Of a stretch of DNA of 64,000 bases, positions 28,888 through 37,057 are shown piece after piece. The stretch comes from Deinococcota bacterium (GTDB lineage Bacteria; Deinococcota; Deinococci; Deinococcales; Thermaceae), in NCBI GenBank assembly GCA_041695225.1, contig JBGFRI010000011.1:32001-96000 (forward strand), written 5' to 3'. The translations under genes were made by a program, and so were the position numbers. The notes under the pieces are model-generated. The model was not told the origin of the DNA. It worked only from the letters and a program-made list of their open reading frames with translations, and ran no database searches. The first letter of the stretch is position 1. Every line of letters begins with the position of its first letter.

Positions 28888-28913
28888 TACTTCGGATGTA
28901 AAGGAGGAAAACA

Positions 28914-29063
28914 GTGAGCAGGTGGCATAATGTGAGGATTCGCAATTTGCGGCGCGAGTTGCGGCGCATGAAGAAGACCATGGCCCGGTTACGGGCGCAT
29001 CTAACCGTAGCACAATTGCGGTTAAATCCGCCTGAACTCGGCGATAGTGTTGCTGAGGCGTAG
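28914..29063 (+). CDS. 49-aa basic peptide
   Basis: AAGGAGG RBS after repeat; GTG start; MSRWHNVRIRNLRRELRRMKK…. Confidence 0.45.
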   Translation: MSRWHNVRIRNLRRELRRMKKTMARLRAHLTVAQLRLNPPELGDSVAEA

Positions 29064-29104
29064 AACAGGGGGTGTGGTGGTTAGGTGTACTATAGTACGG
29101 AATT

Positions 29105-29953
29105 GTGAAGTGGGTTGAATGCCCCAGAGACTCCTGGCAGGGCCTGGGGCGGTTTATTCCCACCGAAGAAAAACTGGCCTATCTGCACAAACTGCTAGAG
29201 GCCGGCTTTCAAAGCCTCGACCTGACCAGCTTTGTATCGCCAAAATGGGTGCCTCAGCACGCCGATGCCATGGAGGTGCTGGCGGGCCTGCCAGCGCCGG
29301 AAGGGCGCGAGTATCTGGCAATTGTTGGCAACGAGAAGGGCCTGGAGCGGGCCTTGCAAGCCCCTCATCTGACCAAGGTGGGTTATCCCTTTTCCATCTC
29401 AGAGACTTTCCAGCGCAAAAACCTCAACATGGGTATCGAGGAAGCCTGGCAGGCGCTGGAACAGCTCACAGCTCAGGCCCAGGAAAAGCAGTTTGTGGTC
29501 TATCTCTCCATGGCCTTCGGCAACCCCTATGGCGATGTCTGGGCGCCCGGCCTTACCGCGCAGTTTGTTCAGCAACTGCGACAGCTCGGAAGACTTTCCG
29601 GAATTGTGCTTGCCGACACCTACGGAGTGGCCACGGCAAGCACCATCAAAGACACCGTGCGGGCAGTGGTCGCGCACACCAGCAGCGAAAGCATCGGTGT
29701 TCATCTGCATAGCCGGCCAGAAAGCACGCTGGAAAAGGTGCAGGTGGTACTGGATGCGGGTGTGCGCTGGCTCGAGGGCGCCCTGGGAGGCATTGGCGGC
29801 TGTCCATTTGCCGGCGACGAGCTTGTAGGCAACCTGGCGACTGAGCAGGTGCTGCCCTATCTGGCAGAGCAGGGTTATACGGTGCCGGTCAGTCTTGACC
29901 GCCTGCCCGGGCTTTGCGACCAGGCTCTGTTACTACGGCTAAAGTACGCTTGA
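29105..29953 (+). CDS. hmgL: Hydroxymethylglutaryl-CoA lyase
   Basis: VECPRDSWQG, LADTYG, VHLH, GGCPFA…GNLATE motifs. Confidence 0.85.
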   Translation: MKWVECPRDSWQGLGRFIPTEEKLAYLHKLLEAGFQSLDLTSFVSPKWVPQHADAMEVLAGLPAPEGREYLAIVGNEKGLERALQAPHLTKVGYPFSISETFQRKNLNMGIEEAWQALEQLTAQAQEKQFVVYLSMAFGNPYGDVWAPGLTAQFVQQLRQLGRLSGIVLADTYGVATASTIKDTVRAVVAHTSSESIGVHLHSRPESTLEKVQVVLDAGVRWLEGALGGIGGCPFAGDELVGNLATEQVLPYLAEQGYTVPVSLDRLPGLCDQALLLRLKYA

Positions 29954-30031
29954 CCAAGTTTGTCTCTCCGTCTCCCTGGAAGACGACACGATTTTACTTA
30001 GATGCGGTAATATAGTCCTTGGAGGTACATC

Positions 30032-30745
30032 ATGTACGACAGCATCCGGTTGATGGTTGGCGGTGGGGCTTTGTTGTCCCAGGAGATGGTCATGCGGAAC
30101 TACGTTGCCTACAAGCATGGGGATTGCCAGGCTTTCAGCGCACTGGTAGCACACTACGGCTACCTGGCGTTCGAGAAGGCTTTCCGGCTGTTCTACCGCC
30201 TTGGTGACGAGGCCCGTGACCTGGCTCAAGAGCTTCTGTGTGAAGTGGTGGAGGTGCTGAAGAAGCCGCTTCCCAAAGGTTCCAAGAACCTGACTTTTTG
30301 GGTGAACGTATCTCTGGACCGTAAGGTCAGAGAGTACCTGACTCAGAATTGTCTTGGTACGTATCGCGAGAACCGGCTTCTTCGGAAACTGGTAGCGGTG
30401 CGGTTGGAACTGGAAGGAAGTCTTGGACGCACTCCCACCCACCCCGAGCTGGCGCAAGCTCTTGGGGAAGATCTGGAAACACTCGATCGCCTTCTCTATC
30501 TGGAGGAGGCAAACCGCATTCTCAGCCTGTCGGTCCCGCACCCCGAGACCGGCACCCGGCTGGAGGATATGGTGGCATCTGAAGAGGATGTACTCGAGGA
30601 TCTGGAAGGGGCTCTACAACGGGAAAGGCTTGGGCTTGAACCGGCAAAGCTAGACATTCTCGACCGCTTTCTGGCGGGCGGGAGTGTAAATCAAGCTGAT
30701 CTGGATACCCTGGCCGCAACCCTGAAGGCCCAAATCGCCGCATAA
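30032..30745 (+). CDS. Sigma-70-family sigma factor-like protein
   Basis: Region-2-like AFSALV…DLAQE; region 3 LGRTPTHPELAQALG…LSLSVP…RLEDMV; region 4 looks short or absent. Confidence 0.7.
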   Translation: MYDSIRLMVGGGALLSQEMVMRNYVAYKHGDCQAFSALVAHYGYLAFEKAFRLFYRLGDEARDLAQELLCEVVEVLKKPLPKGSKNLTFWVNVSLDRKVREYLTQNCLGTYRENRLLRKLVAVRLELEGSLGRTPTHPELAQALGEDLETLDRLLYLEEANRILSLSVPHPETGTRLEDMVASEEDVLEDLEGALQRERLGLEPAKLDILDRFLAGGSVNQADLDTLAATLKAQIAA

Positions 30746-30760
30746 CAGGCAGCCCTTTTT

Positions 30761-30800
30761 GCCTTCCGAGGATAGTCCTTGTCTTCGGGAGGTTCTTTTT
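30761..30800 (+). terminator. Conserved GTCCT-loop hairpin plus U-tract, copy 1
   Basis: 14-bp stem with G-U pairs, loop GTCCT, followed by TCTTTTT. Confidence 0.7.
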
Positions 30801-31101
30801 AATTGGTAGGGCCAGGCTTACGGAAGGACATTATGATCGAACCATCGGGCGCCTGCTCTACGTGGGGCTTGACCTTTCCGTCCCGCACCGCGAGCATTCC
30901 TTCGACGACCCAGCCCCAGGCTTTTGGGGCACTAGAGTAGTCCACACTTATGTAATCAGAGCCGGCCTCGAAGCGCAGCTCCTCCCCGGTTCTTGCAAAA
31001 ACCAGGCGCAGGAAGTTCAACACGTCATCGGGACTGGCCTCTGGGGCAAGGTCAAAATGGGTAACTGTTCGAGTTTCACGGCGGACAATGGCCTTGGACA
31101 T
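30799..31101 (-). CDS. Hypothetical protein (paralog of 31567..31794)
   Basis: Leaderless TAACCT-6nt-ATG; shares FLR…DY..D.SSAP. Confidence 0.55.
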   Translation of the reverse strand: MSKAIVRRETRTVTHFDLAPEASPDDVLNFLRLVFARTGEELRFEAGSDYISVDYSSAPKAWGWVVEGMLAVRDGKVKPHVEQAPDGSIIMSFRKPGPTN

Positions 31102-31247
31102 AGCTCTAGGTTAACGCAAAATGACCGGGAAGGCCCGGCCACTTGCGGCACGGAGGGGAAAAGATGTCCCTTCCACCTTTATGGTACTCGAGAGGGGTTG
31201 AACGGTCAAGAATCAGGTAATACTATATTACTGCACGGAGGTAAATC

Positions 31248-31496
31248 ATGGAGAAGCTGGTGTTGTTCTTTCAAGACGAGATAGCTGTCCAGAAGGCAAT
31301 CGAACTTTTCGAGGAGTTCTTCGTTAAGAAGTACTATGACGAAAAGCTCGATTATCTCTGCCACGACGCCCCTTTCATCCTCACGGGTGAAAGGGGTTGG
31401 AATAAGCCAGCTCTGGGGATCGAGTACTCGCCCAAAGCAAAAACTTGGGTGAGGGGGTTTATAGCCTATACACACCCCGAGCTTGTTCTGGACTAG
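31248..31496 (+). CDS. Hypothetical protein
   Basis: GGAGG RBS; 82 aa. Confidence 0.55.
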   Translation: MEKLVLFFQDEIAVQKAIELFEEFFVKKYYDEKLDYLCHDAPFILTGERGWNKPALGIEYSPKAKTWVRGFIAYTHPELVLD

Positions 31497-31518
31497 CAAG
31501 TCCCTTCCGTCCTTCTTT

Positions 31519-31560
31519 GCCTTCTGAGAATTGTCCTTTTTCTCAGAGGGTTCTTTTTTT
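31519..31560 (+). terminator. Conserved GTCCT-loop hairpin plus U-tract, copy 2
   Basis: GCCTTCTGAGAA/TTCTCAGAGGGT stem, loop containing GTCCT, long T-run. Confidence 0.7.
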
Positions 31561-31566
31561 ACCTTG

Positions 31567-31794
31567 TCAGCGAACCAGATAACGGGTTGCTCTGAGCGTC
31601 CTGGGAGCGCTGGAGAGGTCCGCTTCGAGGTAGTCAGCCTCGAGCCTTAAGCGTGGCCGCTCTCCATAACGCCGGGCCAGTGCTTGAAGGTAGTCCTGGG
31701 CAAAACGGAGAAAGGCGACTGCCGCTTCTCCCTGCAAGGTGCGAGAGGGATAGAGGCGGAAGCCGTTCTTGTTATAGCAGATATAGGGCTTCAC
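31567..31794 (-). CDS. Hypothetical protein (paralog of 30799..31101)
   Basis: Leaderless TACCAT-6nt-GTG; ADYLEADLSSAP. Confidence 0.45.
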   Translation of the reverse strand: MKPYICYNKNGFRLYPSRTLQGEAAVAFLRFAQDYLQALARRYGERPRLRLEADYLEADLSSAPRTLRATRYLVR

Positions 31795-31969
31795 ACTACG
31801 ATGGTAGCAGAACACTTGCAGTGTAGCTCTTTCTGCCTCCCAAGTTGGGCATGGGGCAGGGATCTGGGAGTAAGACCAGGGGGCTCCAGCCCCAGGTAGA
31901 AGGGTGCAAGCTCATAAGACCTTACCCAACGGGAAGGCCGGGCTAAAAAGTCGGGCTAAGGAGGTTTGG

Positions 31970-32347
31970 ATGAACAGTTATGGTGTGTTTGTTCCGGTCG
32001 AGGTTGGAGACAAGAAGACTTTCTGGAACAGAATAGGTGCAGGCTTTGTTAACAGCAAGGGGTTAACCCTGTTGCTGGACGCTATTCCCGCCCAGGGTCG
32101 GGCAGTGGTGGTAGGAGAAGACCTGGTTCTTGGAGACGGCCCCTATAAGGTCTTTACTCCGGTCGAGTACGAAAAAGACGGAGAGAGACGGACGCGCTGG
32201 ACCCGGATCGGCACCGGTCTGGGGAACAGGAAAGGCCTGACCGTACTCTTCAACGCCCACCCCGTCAATGGTAAGGCAGTGGTGGTAGTCGTAGAGAATG
32301 AGAAGGAAGGAGATAAGGACGAGATACCTGAGGACAATGTGTTCTGA
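31970..32347 (+). CDS. Tandem-domain putative ssDNA-binding protein with acidic tail
   Basis: Two copies of W.RIG.G..N.KGLT.L..A.P..G.AVVV; C-tail EIPEDNVF; AAGGAGG RBS. Confidence 0.6.
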   Translation: MNSYGVFVPVEVGDKKTFWNRIGAGFVNSKGLTLLLDAIPAQGRAVVVGEDLVLGDGPYKVFTPVEYEKDGERRTRWTRIGTGLGNRKGLTVLFNAHPVNGKAVVVVVENEKEGDKDEIPEDNVF

Positions 32348-32366
32348 TCGCTGGTTGGGAACTGCT

Positions 32367-32392
32367 TGGGGGCTTCGGCCCCCTTTTTTTGT
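32367..32392 (+). terminator. Intrinsic terminator
   Basis: GGGGGC-TTCG-GCCCCT followed by T-run. Confidence 0.75.
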
Positions 32393-32416
32393 TTTCCGCT
32401 GGTTTAGGATGAAGGC

Positions 32417-33013
32417 ATGGAGATTCTACTTGGAGCAGTGATCGTAGTAGCGCTACTGGTGTATTACGCAGAGCGCCGGAGAGTAGAGCAAGCTGCTACC
32501 GGGGTGCTTTCCTTCTCGGGAGGGTATCTCCTGAGGCGGCGGGGAATTCCGTTTCAGAAAGGGTGGCAGGATGCTTTCTTACCTGTTTATCAAGTTGTGG
32601 TATTGAGAAAACGTACTGCTGAGGGCCGTACTGTCCGAGACCTGGCCCTGGCTGCACACGAGGCGGCCCATGCTTTGCGGTTTGCTCGGCAGGAACAGTG
32701 GGCTTTGCTGGCTTATCGCACCGCAATTGTGCGGTGGATGCTCCTGGGTAGTGGACTGACGCTGGCTTTTCTATTCAACCCGGCCTCCATCGCTGTGCTG
32801 GCCCTGGCGTTTGGAGTGGGCCTAGTTCTGATTCCCGAAGAGGAAGCTGCCAATGTCGAGGCGATGGAAATCCTCAGGCAGGAGGGACTTAAGGAGCAGG
32901 AGTTAGCCCAGGCACAGGGGCTGCTCGAGCACTACCAGCGAAGCTACTGGCTGATGCCGATGGTTGCGCTGGCGGTACTGGGCTGGCAGGCAGTAAGCTG
33001 GGTCAGGGTATAA
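32417..33013 (+). CDS. Membrane zinc metallopeptidase (YugP/Zn_peptidase_2-like)
   Basis: AAHEAAHA HExxH, downstream EEEAA, TM helices. Confidence 0.7.
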   Translation: MEILLGAVIVVALLVYYAERRRVEQAATGVLSFSGGYLLRRRGIPFQKGWQDAFLPVYQVVVLRKRTAEGRTVRDLALAAHEAAHALRFARQEQWALLAYRTAIVRWMLLGSGLTLAFLFNPASIAVLALAFGVGLVLIPEEEAANVEAMEILRQEGLKEQELAQAQGLLEHYQRSYWLMPMVALAVLGWQAVSWVRV

Positions 33014-33076
33014 GACAGACTGCAAAGGCACAGGCTGAGCCAGAGGGCAGAAAACCGCTGCCCTAGCACGTCGGGC

Positions 33077-33607
33077 ATGAAAACTTACGCCGGGGTAGGG
33101 AGCCGCTCTGCCCCAGATCATGCACGGAAACTCATGGAGCGGATTGCAGCCCGGCTCGCTAAGCTGGGCTGGACGCTCCGTACCGGTGGGGCGACTGGCT
33201 CCGACCAGGCTTTTGAGCGGGGGGCCCGGGCTGTTGGAGGATCTGTAGAGGTCTTTCTGCCTTGGCCGGGGTATAACGGCTATGGTGAAAGAGGTGCTTT
33301 GACCAGCCCAAGCAGGGAAGCCCTCGAGCTGGCGTCCACCCTCCATCCGGCCTGGGGTGGTCTGTCTCAGGGAGTGCAGAAACTAATGGCCCGCAACTCG
33401 CACCAGATCCTGGGAGTGGGCCTGAACGATCCGGTGGCCTTTGTCATCTGCTGGACACCGGATGGGGCCGAGCACGAGCGAGAGTGCGGCCCTAAAACTG
33501 GAGGCACGGGGCAGGCGATACGGCTGGCCTCGAGGCGGGGCATTCCGGTGGTGAACCTGGCTCGAGCCGGGGCACTGGAACGGATTGCCGACCTGGTACG
33601 AGAGTAA
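33077..33607 (+). CDS. SLOG/DprA-like nucleotide-binding protein
   Basis: YAGVGSR, LRTGGATGSDQAFE, ICWTPDG, GGTGQAIRLA. Confidence 0.7.
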   Translation: MKTYAGVGSRSAPDHARKLMERIAARLAKLGWTLRTGGATGSDQAFERGARAVGGSVEVFLPWPGYNGYGERGALTSPSREALELASTLHPAWGGLSQGVQKLMARNSHQILGVGLNDPVAFVICWTPDGAEHERECGPKTGGTGQAIRLASRRGIPVVNLARAGALERIADLVRE

Positions 33608-33647
33608 ACAAGGGGGCGGCAAAAAGCGCCGCCCCAGAATCTTGGGT

Positions 33648-33992
33648 ATGGAAAAAATACTGGTGATAAACCGGAAAGCTCAAAAGGGCGGTCATTATGT
33701 GGGCCGTCCCTCTGCTTTAGGCAATCCTTTCCAAATAGGCAAGGATGGAGGGCGGGGGGAAGTTATCAAGAAATATCGCGCATGGCTGGCTGAGCGGATG
33801 TTACAGGACAGCCCTCAGCGGCAGGAGATTGAGAGGTTGGCTAAGCAGCTAAAAGAAGGCAGGGAGTTGGCGCTTGCGTGCTGGTGCGCCCCACTGCCTT
33901 GCCATGCGGATGTGGTCAAGGAGGTACTGGTCGCCCGTGTTGAAGGCCAGGAGTGGCGGGCTGTCAGTCAACTTTTGCACAAGGAGTGCTAG
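33648..33992 (+). CDS. DUF4326-family protein
   Basis: YVGRPSALGNPF…LACWCAPLPCHADV. Confidence 0.8.
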   Translation: MEKILVINRKAQKGGHYVGRPSALGNPFQIGKDGGRGEVIKKYRAWLAERMLQDSPQRQEIERLAKQLKEGRELALACWCAPLPCHADVVKEVLVARVEGQEWRAVSQLLHKEC

Positions 33993-34001
33993 GTTTTTTG
34001 T

Positions 34002-34045
34002 TGTTTACCGAATTTCCCTGGTTTGGTAATATAGTACCTGGAGGT
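34002..34045 (+). promoter_or_regulatory. Sigma70-type promoter with GGTAATATAGT -10 context and RBS
   Basis: TTTACC-17nt-TAATAT, then GGAGG; same 11-mer at 5534, 21162 and 30006. Confidence 0.55.
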
Positions 34046-34052
34046 ACACATC

Positions 34053-35015
34053 ATGGTGCGGACGGTTTTGTGGGCTGGTCGGATTCAGGCAGTTCTGGGG
34101 CGGGAGCCTTGGAACGTACAGGAGGCCCTCGAGGGTTTGAGGGTAGTTCTCAGGAAGGACGAGGTGGCAAAAGCAGAGTTTTTTCAGGCTGCACGGGAGG
34201 GATGGCGCTTCGAGCGTTTCTCTCGGAATGACAAGGTTGCCCTGATTGTTTGGGCCGCTTTGAAAGAAGCCCTGCAAAAAACCGCTAAACACCTTGGCCA
34301 ACAAAAAGCCCCCTCCAGTCTGGTCATTCGCAAGGATGACTCAAGGAAGGAGGAGGTAAAGAGGGTTCGCTCGGTTGGTGACTGGAAGAGCCCGGAGGGA
34401 AGAGTTTACGATGTCTACCCCTGGGATCTCAAGCCCAAGCCCGCTATCAAGGGTACTCGTGTTCGGCATCCCCAGTGGGGTGATCGGCGGGTAGCTGAGA
34501 GTAAAGCGTGGCTCCAGCGTTTCCTTGCTTCGGGCGAGGAAGTACGGGCGGTCTCTCGTCTCGAGCGGGAACAGGAAGGTGATGGCCCACACTTCTCTGA
34601 GCCTATCGTCTCTTCGGAGGTAATAGAGCGTCTGGAGAAGGTTGGCTTCCGTCCTAACCTCAGCAGTCCTGAGGAGCTGGCTTCGCTGGTGGATAAGCTC
34701 CCCGCCAGAGAAGCACGTTTTATGGAGCTTGTTTTGGCGGCGCTGGATAAGGAATCTGATGCGAAGACCCGGGATATTCTTGGGCAGATTCTCGCACTCG
34801 GTCCTGAGTTCAGCGCTAACGATGCTTCCCGGCTTCTACGCAGGCTCGTACTTCCCCAGCCTACTATGCGGGCTCTAACTACCTCTCTACAGGAGGTGGC
34901 AGCGCTTCGCGGCTTGAAAGTCGAGCTTCATCGCGCCGGGTATGCACCTGTTCGGTCTATTGCTTACCGCGACCTGAACGGAGAAGTAATCTACACTGCA
35001 CCTATTTACGGGTAG
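34053..35015 (+). CDS. Hypothetical protein
   Basis: 320-aa ORF with its own promoter, RBS and terminator. Confidence 0.65.
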   Translation: MVRTVLWAGRIQAVLGREPWNVQEALEGLRVVLRKDEVAKAEFFQAAREGWRFERFSRNDKVALIVWAALKEALQKTAKHLGQQKAPSSLVIRKDDSRKEEVKRVRSVGDWKSPEGRVYDVYPWDLKPKPAIKGTRVRHPQWGDRRVAESKAWLQRFLASGEEVRAVSRLEREQEGDGPHFSEPIVSSEVIERLEKVGFRPNLSSPEELASLVDKLPAREARFMELVLAALDKESDAKTRDILGQILALGPEFSANDASRLLRRLVLPQPTMRALTTSLQEVAALRGLKVELHRAGYAPVRSIAYRDLNGEVIYTAPIYG

Positions 35016-35037
35016 CAGACAGGTAAGCGTCCTTTTC

Positions 35038-35076
35038 GCCTCTCGGAGAGTGTCCTTTTCTCTGAGAGGTTCTTTC
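35038..35076 (+). terminator. Conserved GTCCT-loop hairpin, copy 3
   Basis: GCCTCTCGGAGAG/TTCTCTGAGAGGT stem, loop TGTCCTT, followed by TCTTT. Confidence 0.65.
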
Positions 35077-35091
35077 TAGGAGGGTACGAGA

Positions 35092-35292
35092 ATGCTTACG
35101 TTGCTGGGTTGGCCATTGATCGTGGCGGGATTCTTAATGATGTTGACGGCAATTATCGCACTGCCAGGGTTTTTTCAACCTTCAGTGAAGGATAGTTCCC
35201 AGGCTCAAGCACTGGTAACGCGCTGGCTTGGGCCAGTGTTGTTCGTGGTCGGTCTTGTGGTGGTTGTTCTGGGGTTGGTGCTCCTGGGCTAG
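35092..35292 (+). CDS. Small membrane protein
   Basis: Two TM helices, AGGAGG RBS. Confidence 0.55.
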   Translation: MLTLLGWPLIVAGFLMMLTAIIALPGFFQPSVKDSSQAQALVTRWLGPVLFVVGLVVVVLGLVLLG

Positions 35293-35341
35293 AGATGCTG
35301 TCACACGGCCTTCAAAGTCTTTTGCCAATTGAGGTTAACAA

Positions 35342-37057
35342 ATGCGTGTCTTGTTCCTAACTACGTCACATAACTCGATGAGCCAACGTCTCCAGGTTGA
35401 ACTAACCCGCCGGGGGTACACACTAAGTATCGAATTTGCTTTGAGCGATAAGGTAATGGAAGAGGCAGCAGCGCTCTTCCAGCCCGATCTGATCCTTGCG
35501 CCATTTCTAAAAGCGGCGGTGCCAGAGAGTGTTTGGAGTCACTATCCGACCCTGATTGTGCATCCTGGGGTACGTGGGGATCGCGGCGCTTACAGCCTCG
35601 ATCACGCCATTATGCAGGGCCAGCCCCGCTGGGGAGTGACCCTGTTGCAAGCCAACGCTGAGATGGATGCCGGGGATGTCTGGGCCTGGCGGGAGTTTCC
35701 CATGCGTCAGGCTCCTAAAAGCTCCATCTACCAGAACGAGGTGGTGGAGGCGGCGGTGGAGTGTGTCCTCGAGGCCCTTCACCACTTTCCAGCCTGGCGG
35801 CGGGGTGAGTGGCGGCCTACTCCTTTGAAGGAGCTCGAGGGGGCCTGGGGGGTGCTGCACCCGGTGATCAAGCAGAAAGACCGGGCGATTGACTGGGCTA
35901 CAATGCCTACCCAGGAGGTTATCCGACGCATCCAGGCGGCAGATGGCTCCCCTGGTGTACTGGACGAGGTGCTGGGCCTGGCCTGCTATTTCTACGGGGC
36001 CCGACCTAGCTACGAGAACGTTAACCGGGGTACGCCGGGTGAGGTAGTGGCTCACCAGAACGGCGCGATCCTGCGGCGGACACTGGATGGCGCAGTATGG
36101 ATCAGCCATCTGAAGACCAAAGGCGGTATTAAACTGCCGGCTACTCAGGTGCTGGGCGACCGCCTGGCAGGCATACCGGAGTGGTGGGGTGCCGGTGGCT
36201 ACCAGGAGATCCGCTACTGGGAAGAAACTGTCAACTGCCCTCCCTATCATCAACTGGTGGGGCACCTGGCCTGGGAGTTCCAGGGCGGGGCCTTCAGCAC
36301 TGAGCAGGCTCGGAGTCTGCGGGAAGCGATACGGGCGGCTAAACAACGGCCCATTGCGGCCCTGGTGCTATGGGGCGGCCACGACACTTTTTGCAACGGC
36401 ATCCATCTGGGGACTATCGAGGCGGCGAAAGACCCGGCGCTGGAGAGCTGGGAAAGTATCAACGCCATCAATGATGTGGTGCTGGAGCTGCTGGAGATGG
36501 AGCAACAGATGGTCTTCTCGGCGGTGCGGGGGAATGCCGGCGCAGGGGGAGTGATCCTGGCCCTGGCCGCCGACCGGGTGTTGCTGCGCCGGGGTGTGGT
36601 GCTGAATCCGCACTACAAGGGGATGGGAGGCCTGTACGGCTCGGAATACTGGACCTATCTGCTGCCGCGCCGGGTTGGGCAGCGCACTGCCCTGGAACTG
36701 ACCAACGGCTTGCTGCCCCTGGGTGATGAGGAAGCGTTGCGGATCGGCCTGGTTGATGCGCTATTACCGGGAGACAGGGGGGCTTTTGCGGAGAAGGTAG
36801 AGGAGCAGGTGTGGCAGGCGCTGCACCCCAGTATCCTCTCGGCTACTCTGGCCTTGAAGCAGCAGGCGCGTAATGCAGACCGGAAGCAGAAGAGCCTCGA
36901 GCGCTACCGGGTCGAGGAGCTGGCCCAGATGGGCCGCAACTTCTGGGGCGAGACCGCCTACCACCAGGCCCGACGGGAGTTTGTCTACAAGATAGCTCCA
37001 ACCAGTACACCAGCACATCTAGCCTTGCACCGCAGGGCCAGGGAGGTAAACGTATGA
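35342..37057 (+). CDS. hoxX: Hydrogenase maturation factor HoxX/HypX
   Basis: Formyltransferase half (LIVHPG..GDRG..SLD, EMDAGDVW) plus crotonase half (FCNGIHL, GNAGAGG, NPHYKGMGGLYGSEYWTY). Confidence 0.9.
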   Translation: MRVLFLTTSHNSMSQRLQVELTRRGYTLSIEFALSDKVMEEAAALFQPDLILAPFLKAAVPESVWSHYPTLIVHPGVRGDRGAYSLDHAIMQGQPRWGVTLLQANAEMDAGDVWAWREFPMRQAPKSSIYQNEVVEAAVECVLEALHHFPAWRRGEWRPTPLKELEGAWGVLHPVIKQKDRAIDWATMPTQEVIRRIQAADGSPGVLDEVLGLACYFYGARPSYENVNRGTPGEVVAHQNGAILRRTLDGAVWISHLKTKGGIKLPATQVLGDRLAGIPEWWGAGGYQEIRYWEETVNCPPYHQLVGHLAWEFQGGAFSTEQARSLREAIRAAKQRPIAALVLWGGHDTFCNGIHLGTIEAAKDPALESWESINAINDVVLELLEMEQQMVFSAVRGNAGAGGVILALAADRVLLRRGVVLNPHYKGMGGLYGSEYWTYLLPRRVGQRTALELTNGLLPLGDEEALRIGLVDALLPGDRGAFAEKVEEQVWQALHPSILSATLALKQQARNADRKQKSLERYRVEELAQMGRNFWGETAYHQARREFVYKIAPTSTPAHLALHRRAREVNV

